A stretch of 64,000 bases of DNA, from assembly GCF_006345805.1 (NCBI RefSeq), contig NC_043011.1, forward strand, positions 64,120,464 to 64,184,463, in the 5' to 3' direction. The notes below the pieces were generated by a model. That model saw nothing but the letters and a program-made list of their open reading frames with translations. It was not told the origin of the DNA and made no database searches. Shown here in pieces: positions 54,241 to 64,000 of this stretch (the stretch's first letter is position 1; every line of letters begins with the position of its first letter). The stretch comes from Octopus sinensis (taxonomy: Eukaryota). The position numbers were made by a program, and so were the translations under genes.

Positions 54241-56366
54241 ACATACGCTCACTTAGTTACGCCAGTTTGATCCTGACTGAATAAACTACGTATTGGAAGG
54301 GCTTATGTTAAACCCTTCCCGAACCTTCAGCCCCTGTCCCCATCCTCATACCAGCACTCCGCCTCGATTACCATTGTATCTACTGCATCTACCTTCAAGG
54401 ATTTTACTGGAGGTTTCAATGATCTTAAATGGCATCTTTATTAATAGAAGAATGTTTGAATGTCGTACGATGCATTATCTATGAATAAGATGAAACAAAA
54501 TATGATTAAAGGTTTAGGGAATTATTAAAAAATACGTATTTGGTAATAGAATGACTTGATATAGTCTGATACATTATCTGTTACCGATGTAAATCTTTTT
54601 TAATGTTACCCAGATTAGGGAATAGGCTAAATACACGAGCGAATGGTATTAAGACACTGACATAAATGGTATAAATTTATAAATAGAAAAATCACTGAAT
54701 ATTGTCTAATATGCTATCTGTTACGGAAATGGACGAAAATATGCCAAACCCAGTTAGTTCATTATTCAGTTGCTTTGAGCTACTTAATAAAGTGTCTTAT
54801 TGCAAATATAATGATCAAGTATATTTTCAATTCGAATAAACATAGAGTAACATTAGAATATAGGAATGCATCCTGTTTAAGAAGTTGGCAGCATGCAAGC
54901 GATTCATGAGACTGATTAATAATATTCGAATTCCCATTATTAATATGGAACACCATACAAATAGGGAACCAAAGCCAACTCCCGCATCACCCATCATATA
55001 GCAACGCATAACTTATAATAAACAACACAATTTTAAATTCAATACAATTTTTCGGTGAGTGAAAATAAAAGTTTAGCGAGAACGCTATAATTATTGGAAT
55101 GAGGTGCGTTGATAGGTCGATGGTTTGTAGTATAGATAGCGCAATGCGTTTACTTAGAACTTAGAAAACTAAATGAACCAGTATTAGATGCATCATACGT
55201 TGCTGGAGTATACTAATGTGTATGTCCGTGCGTGTTTATATAGGCAGACTTGTTCAGACTACCTCGTGATGTTTAGAGTCGTTAAAATGTTGCAAGTACT
55301 TAATTCTTTTTCACAACGTGGCACTCATTTAATGGATTTACTGGGCCACGTTTCGCCGGAACGCTAATTTATGCGGACATAAAACAAGCTAAGCTCTTGA
55401 AGCGGCTGCGGATGATAATGTAGGAACAGATTCTTCCATACTATCGTGCGCACACACGCATTCACACACATATCCATACATAATTACACATATATATATA
55501 AATATATATATATATACTTATAAAAAAATATATATATCCATATATGATACGTATATATAAATATATATATATATACATAATTGATGTATTAATACACACT
55601 TACATGTACATATGTAAATATAATTCAATAAATGTTTGTGTGAGTTGTTTATATGAGGAAAATGTTGGGAAGGATACAGAGAAGAGGAAAAAAGTGAAAC
55701 GTTGTTAGATGTTTGATTTCTTGTGAAAGACATTGTAATTCCTATTCTTACCACAAATGAGAAACGCCAGGAAGATGTAGATTTTCATCGTCGTTATTCT
55801 ATCAGTCTTAGGCTTTTGAACGCACTTGGACACGTAAACTCCTATATAAATGAAAAACGAAGGTAACACATGTTTTGTTCATAACTGGAATAATTCATAT
55901 TTGATATGTCACTTGATTTAGTTTCCCATGACGTTGAAGGTTAATGATTTACATTCCCTATTAATATGTCAATTTCTTTGAACTTCTTAGTGGGGAGATC
56001 CATTTCAATTGTAAGTTATATACGGTTAAAGATAATGTACGTGTGTTTCCTGATGTTTTCCGTTGTTCCATGTTGAATCACAGAATTGTTCTTATAAACA
56101 TTACAATCGAATCTGGGTTCATTAAAATTTAGGTAGAAAACGCATAAACGTCGATTCCCCAAAATAATCGCATGCAATTAACTTGTTGACCTTTACTTTG
56201 AGGAAATGTATCATAGAATTACTTCGAAATTAATTATATTAGATTATGACGGCAAATTTACTTTGGAATATCAGAAACTTAAAAATCATTTCAATAATGG
56301 ACTTATTAATTATAATTGCTTTTCAAAGAATATAACAGTCATTCTGTTTAGGATATTTGATAAATA

Positions 56367-57490
56367 TACAGTGTGCGAGGGGTAATTGAAGGGATATTTC
56401 GTTTTTAGTCGATTACACCTTTAAATTATATGATGTATTAATTTTTCAGGTAACCATTTCAAGATATCATACTAACCCAAGAAATGAAAAGACATGCAGT
56501 CATTGTAGGTATAGATGCAAACCAAAGTGATTTAGATATTAGGAACTGTCTAAATGTTGCAAAATCACTAGAAATTAAGTTCGATTGGAATTGGAGATAT
56601 TTAATATTATTGTTTTACCTGTCTGAAAGTGCAAATAATATTCACAACGCTCAGACATTAATAGGAATTTATAAATCGTTTTGAAAACATTATCAATGAA
56701 AACGCCTGAAGAACAATGAGGTCAATTGGTAAAGAACTTCAGATGTCAGAATGGACTATCAGAAATGTGGTACATCGTGAGTAGTGAGGAAAAGCTAATT
56801 CGTGTCTGCAAAACAAAGAAAACCGTCTCATCCGTTACTTAACAAAGTGAAAAGTCTCGATGTGCAAAGCATGATTTTGTTTGCTCTGACGAAAAACACT
56901 TTGAGCAGGGTCGCAATTCTAGCGGAAGAAATGACAGAGGTTATGAGCAGATCCTTCTGAAGTGCCCAGAGTGATTTACACGAAATCATCAGCAACTGTG
57001 ACGGCTTTAGGAGTGGTGCGTAACGAAGGTCATTTGATGCCTCTCCACTTTTTTCCACAGAACCTTAGAATTACCGCTACTGGCTACATTAAGGTAATAG
57101 AAACTGGTATCAAGACCTGGATTAATGAAGTATGGAATGCAAGGCAATGCGTGATTCAGGAAGACCCAGCACCACCTCATGAAGCCCTAGTCACCCAAGA
57201 ATGGTTTTCAGCCAATCTTTAAGATTATGTAACACACAGTATGTTGTATGCAGTGCTCAGCCGATTTAAATCCATGGAGTACTACATGTGGAGCGCCTTT
57301 GAAAAGGGAGACAAATCACCATCCTCATAAAACTATAGCTTTGCTGATTGCTGGCTTTGTCCATTTGATGTGCGAAATGAATAAAGATCATATAGTGTCA
57401 GCATGACAATGGTTTCGGTCCGGCATTTGATCACTCATCGAAACCGAAAAGGATTTCGTAGAATAATTTGGTTTTAAAGAATCATTACGT
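56367..57490 (+). mobile_element. Tc1/mariner (maT/DD37D-like) transposon remnant
   Basis: KRHAVIVGI..NQSDLDIRNCLNVAKS; ATVTALGVV..EGHLMPLHFFPQNLR..ATGYIKV..KTWI..IQEDPAPPH..TQEW. Confidence 0.8.
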
Positions 57491-57526
57491 AGAATAATTG
57501 CAGGAATAAACGTTTTACACTTTCAG

Positions 57527-57577
57527 AAATATATGGAGGTCAGTAGATTTGGAGCCTCAACCACCCGACGAAACATG
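57527..57577 (+). pseudogene. Orphan duplicate of paralog 3 exon 4 (KYMEVSRFGASTTRRNM) with about 370 bp of downstream intron
   Basis: 57502-57950 is about 90% identical to 43090-43540; matching exons 1-3 and 5 not found nearby. Confidence 0.65.
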
Positions 57578-57970
57578 GTCCGCAATGCCGTTATGTCTAA
57601 TTATTTGCTATAACAATACTCGCTTATCTACAAAATAGTTAAATTGTTACAGCTGCAATAGAAATAGCGTCGCAGTAGAGTACCACACCTCTCTTTCACT
57701 TGCAGTAATTATTATATTACATAACAATCATTCTCATAAAAGTATAACCGTCATTTTCTTCAAAAGTAATAGTATATAATACAATACATGTGATACTTCC
57801 ATGATATTTGCCCAGTAATTAAAGTAAAGCTATTTACATTGCAATACCACATTTGCATATATTTTATATACTATGAATAATATATCACTTGCACAATAGT
57901 AGTACAGTTCTATTATTATAATAGTAAATAAGAAGGCGAGCTGGCAGAATTGTTACTCGTTATTACGATG

Positions 57971-58700
57971 ATCCGATAGTGTTGTAGTTCTCTAATGTGC
58001 TGAATTTTCACTCTAAGCGTGGATTCCTTATGTGTATAAATATACACTATCGTATAATTAATTGATAGTCTTCTTGACTAATTTGTTTCACGTTAGATCA
58101 CAGGGAATGTAAACGTTGATTGAATGTTTTAAATTTAATTAAATTCCATTACTCTTTTGATATGATTAATTATTATAATTTTTTGTATAATTTTCGGTTA
58201 AATTTGGCGGTTTAATGTAACAAATAATATCACTGCGATTGCGCAGAAAAAATTGAAATGTTACTTCGTATAAACAGTGGACAGGCAGCAGTTCTTGTCT
58301 TCTGTCTTATAGGTTTTAACCCCAGGTTGGCCCTAACCGAAAAAGATCAGACCTTGTGAGTTCCCCTGACTTGCTAAAAGAAGATCAGGAACCAATTTTT
58401 GTCCCCCTCACTTTCTAAAAGAAGATCAGAAACCAATTTTGGTCCGGGGAATTAAATGGTTAATGTTTTTCATTTCCAAATTTTGTTCCTGTCGAATCTT
58501 ATCCGTTATTGTTATGGTTCTCTAATGTGCTGAATTTTAACTCCAAGTGTGGAGTCCTTATGTGTATAAATATACACTATCGTATACTTAATATAGAGTA
58601 TTCTTGACTAATATTTTGCACGTAAGACCACTGGAACTGTAAATTTTGATTGAAATTTTTAAATTTAATTTAATTCAATTTCCCTTTTGATATGATTAAA
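57971..58700 (+). repeat. Direct repeat of about 200 bp (57971-58170 and 58501-58700) around a spacer with aaaagaagatcag mini-repeats
   Basis: Both copies read atccg..a.tgtt...gttctctaatgtgctgaatttt...cttttgatatgattaa. Confidence 0.85.
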
Positions 58701-58930
58701 CGATGAATTCTAGAAAAGTCACTTTATGACGAAAACCGGTATGAATTAATATATATTTATATATCTTAGCAATTTTTCAAAAACTTTCTCCATACAACCA
58801 TTTACATTAAAATTTTCTTTCAATTTAGCATTCTGCATTTTTACAATGTTTCCTTGCTTATCCTTTCTCCACGTGCGGTCAACACAACCATACCATTTAT
58901 TGATCTATATATATATATACATATATATAC

Positions 58931-59021
<91 letters not shown>

Positions 59022-59479
59022 TATATATATAAATGTATGTATGTATTTATATCTATCTTTCTGAGTAACGCACATCTTGTTGTCCCGACTGAAGAGGTGA
59101 ATACCGAATCGGCGTGTGTTTTGGACTGTCATTGAGGCTTAGTGAGTGAACATAGTAGATGTGTCTGTTTGCTCAGAGTTAACATTCTGACCTGACATTG
59201 TTTATTTGTTCTTCGAATGAACATATTCATCATATCATAGGCTGATAGATCTAACATCGCCTTTATATTTTAGGTAGCTACGTCGTCTGGCATAACTGTT
59301 TAGGTATGTTTTAATCTAAGAAACTAATTTAATCCTTTATTTATTTATATATTTATCTGTGTAAAAGGGAAACTTATGACTTCATCCCACACTCTTGGAT
59401 AATGGAATGCTTGAGTTTACTCCGTATAGTAGACGACATAAGAAAATAAATTAGCTGCAGGATGAATAAATGAAAGCTG

Positions 59480-59900
59480 ATCTCTACTCAGGTGACATAC
59501 TCTTAGGGAATGTTGATAAGAAAATACTGTTTTCCGGGGCCTCTTTACCCCTTTAATATCTCTCTTGTGCTTGATCCCCTCAATTAAGTATTATGGCAGG
59601 ATATCATTTGAGGAATAGTAATGTAAAATTCAACGATTTGCTCTACATGGATGATATGAACTATTTTAGATTCAATGGAAAACAGATCGATTCCTTAATG
59701 CAGACTGAAATATGTTTCAGCAAAAATATAGGTATCGAATTTGGCATAGAGAATTGGGCAATATTAGTCATGAGAAGGGGCAGGTATTAATTGCGAAGGC
59801 ATTCATTTACCAGATTAACAGAGATTGCAATAATTGAAAGTATTAAAGAGTTGTACGCATCTAGGAGTATTATAATCTGACTGATTACTATAGGATATTT
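59480..59900 (+). mobile_element. R4-like RT fragment
   Basis: LLYMDDMNYF..KQIDSLMQT..FSKNIGIEFGIE. Confidence 0.75.
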
Positions 59901-60018
59901 AGGAGGTTTTTCCTGTCTAAGTTTACAAGTTGTATTCCGAAGTTATGAGATTTTCTGTTCTAACAGACTAATCTGTCTAGTGTATATTAAAATGATAATA
60001 ATAGTAATAATTATAATA

Positions 60019-60119
<101 letters not shown>

Positions 60120-60679
60120 TAGAAAAAAAAAATTTAATACTAATGATGCTAAGATTCTCTCTGTTGAAACACAACTTCTCTTTTCACAAACTATACAGTA
60201 CAGCCCTACCTTAATTTTTCTTAAGGATAGTAGTTGTAAACATTCGAACTATTTTTGACCGATAGGACCCCACCTAAAGATAAATATCAATGATGGTGAT
60301 GGTGATGATGGTGATGATGATAATAATGATAGTAATAGTGCTGTTAATCTATCTATTTATCTACACACACACACACTCACAGAATTCAGCCAACACAAAC
60401 CTCACCACGGCTCATTAGAAGTTAACCAAATATGAAAGTATTATTCGACATGCAAGAACTCTGGCGTTGAAGACAGCCAACCAGCAAACGAGACAGACAG
60501 ACACTACTGTGATGATGATAATGATAAAAAAAACAAAAATAACAATAATAAGATACTGCTGTGACTACACATAAAACAAAATCATTGATGATGATGGTGG
60601 TGATGGTGATGATGATAATGATGATGGTAATGGTGGTGATAATGATGATAGTGATAATAATGGTGATGATAATAACAAT

Positions 60680-63600
60680 AATAAGCCGACTACGGCTGCC
60701 ATTAAGGTACGATTATAATTGTAACGGCAATGATGGCCGTCTCCCCATCTGACCAAGGTACGCAAAGGCCTGAAGATACAATAAATTCTATTGTACCTGT
60801 AAAAGTTAGCCAGGAAAATGATAAAACAACAGTAACTGAAGATCTCGCTTTTGTTGAAGAACACAGAGAGTCTATGGCAGAAATGAGGCAGCAAAACCTG
60901 AATACGCTTGAAGTTGTAAGACATACAAGTATTAATGATAGAGAACAACTTCATAAACTCTCAAATACAAACCAAAATAAAAAAACAAATCAAAAGGGGC
61001 AACTATGTAACAAATGAAATAATACAAGAATTAAAACCTGATTTTACTGAGTTAAATGAAATTATTTACGCTTCTGCAAGGGCAATTGAAACCAGCTGTA
61101 TGCTCCCGAAAAAACAAAGAAAACCAAACCTGGGAAGAATTCAAACCTGGAGAAGTAAAATTGAAAAAGCGATTGTATTTATAACGGGGGAAATATCAAT
61201 ATTAAATGAACTAATATGTGGAAATGATGTAAGATCCAGAACAGGAAGAAAGATGAATAGAAAATTTGGATCCTCACCAAGAGAAGAACTGATATCAATA
61301 AAAGAAAAGCTAAAACAAAAAGTCCAAGCAAAAGCCCAAAAAATACGAAGATTTTAGAAGAGAAACAAGTTTTACAAGCAAAATAAGCTGTTCACATCCG
61401 ATGCCAACAAATTCTACAGGGAAATAGGGAAGGAGAAAGTAACCGTTAAAGACCCCCCTCCAATTAAAGAAGTTCAAAACCTTTGGATAAGGATTAGGAG
61501 TGACAAGAAGACGTTCAACATAAATGCAGACTGAATTATACAAACTGAAGGAATTTAACTTAAAAAAAAAATGGACGGGTTATTGAGTTTAGTTTAATAG
61601 CCTACCAATGTATAGTATTAGTTTCTTTGCCCTAGGAGTCGGGAAGACACTCGACAAGAAATGGAAGCAAATTTGAAAGAAGAAAAAAAAATAATAATAA
61701 GAGAATAGTGAACAGAAAGGATGTAAACGTGGATCCTATGTTTGTAAAGATCAGCTACTCATCAATAAGATGATCTTGGAAGATTGTCACAAACGACACA
61801 AAATCTTATCAATAGCATGGATAGACTAAAAAAGGCTTTTGATAGCTTGCCACATAACTGAATAAAGAAATGCCTGGAAACGTATAAAATAGCACATATT
61901 CTGCGAAGCTTTTTGTCTGTAAATATGAGATTATGGAGAACCACACTAAGTTTGAACAGTGACGATGAATCTCTAAATGCTGGTGATGAATGAATTTCAT
62001 TTGGCATTTTTCAGGTGACTCACTATCACAACACCTTTTTGTTTAGCCTTAATACTTCTTTCAAAATTGCTCATTGACTCACAGTACGGATATAAAATGT
62101 TGGATGAAAATGAATATCATCTCATCTACATGGATGATTTGAAGCTCTTTGCAAAAAATGACCAACATCTCAAGGGCTTACTAATGTTTGTTAAACAATT
62201 CAGCGATGACATCAGAATAAAATTTCGCCTCGAAAAATGTGCAAAAGCTACATTTATCAAAGGGAAAATGACAGAATCATCTAGCGTTAACCTTGACCAG
62301 CAGAATATCATAAGAGAATTAGACCCAGCGGAGAGCTACAAGTACCTTGGGGTAATTGAAGGGGATGGAATAAGGCATTCAATGGTGAAGGAAAGGATCA
62401 GGAGAGAATGTTATCGCAGAGTAAGACAAATACTCAAGACAGAGCTGAATGCGAGAAACAGGATCGAAGCGATCAATGCATTAGCCATACCAGTCGTGAC
62501 TTACAGTTTCAATATCGTTAACTGGGCAATTACTGACTTATGTAATCTTGACAGAAAGTTACGAAAACCGTTGACAATGCATAGAATGAATCACCCTAAG
62601 GCAGATACAGGACGAGAAAAAAGGGAGGCCGTGGACTTTTACAAATGGCAATAACAATGAAGATTGCTACAATTGGCTTAGACACCTACCGGAAAAACTC
62701 TGAGGACTGGATGTTAAAACTTGTCTCAAAACATGAAAACAAGGAAGCATCGTACTTAGTAACAATACAGCAAAGGAATATGTAACTGAAATCCGAATAC
62801 AACAAATTTCGGAATTAGACATACAAGAAACAAGCACAGAAAAAACTAAGTTCAATAAAACCGGTGCTACAACTGCTGCCTTAGATATTCTGAATGACAA
62901 ATGGCAAGAAAAACCTCTCAATGGCAAATGCCCAAAGAGAGCGAATAATGCCGATGTTGACAAAGACCCGACCCAACATTGGCTAATGGCCTCTGGCTTA
63001 AAATCTGAAAAAGAAGGGTTTATCATAGCAGCACAACATCAATGCCTACCTACAAGAAACTACCAGGCCAACATATTAAAGAACTGGAGTAGACCAACAT
63101 GTTCTGTACGTCAACATCAAAATGAAACCATTGATCATGTTGTCTCCATGAGCAGTCTTCTTTTGCCTACAGAGTATCTCAACAGGCATGATAGAGCTGC
63201 ACAATATATTCACTGGATAATTTGCAAAATCCTGGACTTGCCCCATGATAAAAACTGGTGGGAACACAAACCACCTCCAGTGATTGAAAATGTCCACATC
63301 TCAATCCTCTGAAACTTCACCATTAAAACTGATAGAAAGATCTACGCGAATGGGTCAGACAACATAGTAAAAGACTTTAGATATAAAACATTTCTCCTCA
63401 TTGATATGACTGTCCGAATCGATATAAACGTATCTGTCAAGACCTACCAGAAACTGAGCAAATATAAAGATCTGGAAATAGAAATCATCAAAATGTGGAA
63501 CCTGAAGCCTTAAACAATACCTGTGGCATAGCTACCCTGGGAATGACAGCAAAAGAGGCTGATTGCCACCTAACTCATATACCAGGAATCCCCAAAATGG

Positions 63601-63843
63601 CAGAAATTCAAAAGATAGTGCGCATGGGAACTGCTCATAAACTACGCAAAATACTTTCTATGAAATCTCAAGTTTTAAAACAAACATACTTTTCGTATGG
63701 ATTTTTAGGCATTCACTAGAACTACACTAAGTACAAAACCAAATATATGGCACCAACAAGAACTTCCAAATTGTTGTCTCTTGAAGTCACTGGATGAGAC
63801 TTGGAGCCAGCTTGTGCAAGTGTAAAGCAAAAGTCAAACATAG
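60680..63843 (+). mobile_element. R4/Dong-clade non-LTR retrotransposon, degenerate
   Basis: LIYMDDLKLFAKN, YKYLGVIE, RVRQILKTELNARN.IEAINALAIPVVTYSF, LKSEKEGFIIAAQHQCLPTRNY, degenerate CCHC plus RHD, IDM..R..KLSKYKDL; ends in (AAT)n. Confidence 0.9.
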
Positions 63844-63882
63844 AATAATAATATTAATGATAATAATTTTAATAATGATAAT

Positions 63883-63957
<75 letters not shown>

Positions 63958-64000
63958 AAGTAGAAGAAGGGGAAGAAGAAGAAGAAAAATAAGAAGAAGA
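63844..64000. repeat. (AAT)n/(AAG)n microsatellite
   Basis: Direct reading. Confidence 0.95.

Noticed and set aside
58370-58450. CRISPR-like repeat-spacer array
   Set aside because: Only 2-3 imperfect units in eukaryotic context with no cas genes.

Overview
AT-rich eukaryotic DNA dense in microsatellites and transposable elements. The three tRNA-derived SINE families and the (TA)n load resemble Octopus (inference). Almost all long ORFs in the supplied track are microsatellite artefacts or TE remnants. The ORF track misses a tandem array on the + strand of small 5-exon genes with identical exon phases and near-identical exon lengths (37/100/88-91/39-51/54 nt). There are two complete paralogs (12185-22695 and 31095-44090), one 5'-partial paralog (1565-8987) and an orphan copy of exon 4 (57527-57577). 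Each gene encodes a ~105-110 aa protein with a signal peptide, a C-X7-C-X16-C-X8-C-X7-C-X11/12-C core and a hydrophobic, GPI-signal-like tail; I do not recognise the family. TE content includes a 2-kb ORF1-only (HAL1-like) L1/Tx1-type element inserted into a SINE with a 16-bp TSD, several Penelope-like pseudo-LTR families carrying hammerhead-ribozyme motifs, CR1-, RTE- and R4/Dong-like LINE remnants, Tc1/mariner remnants and non-autonomous Helitrons. All alignments and folds were done by eye; no database searches were run.
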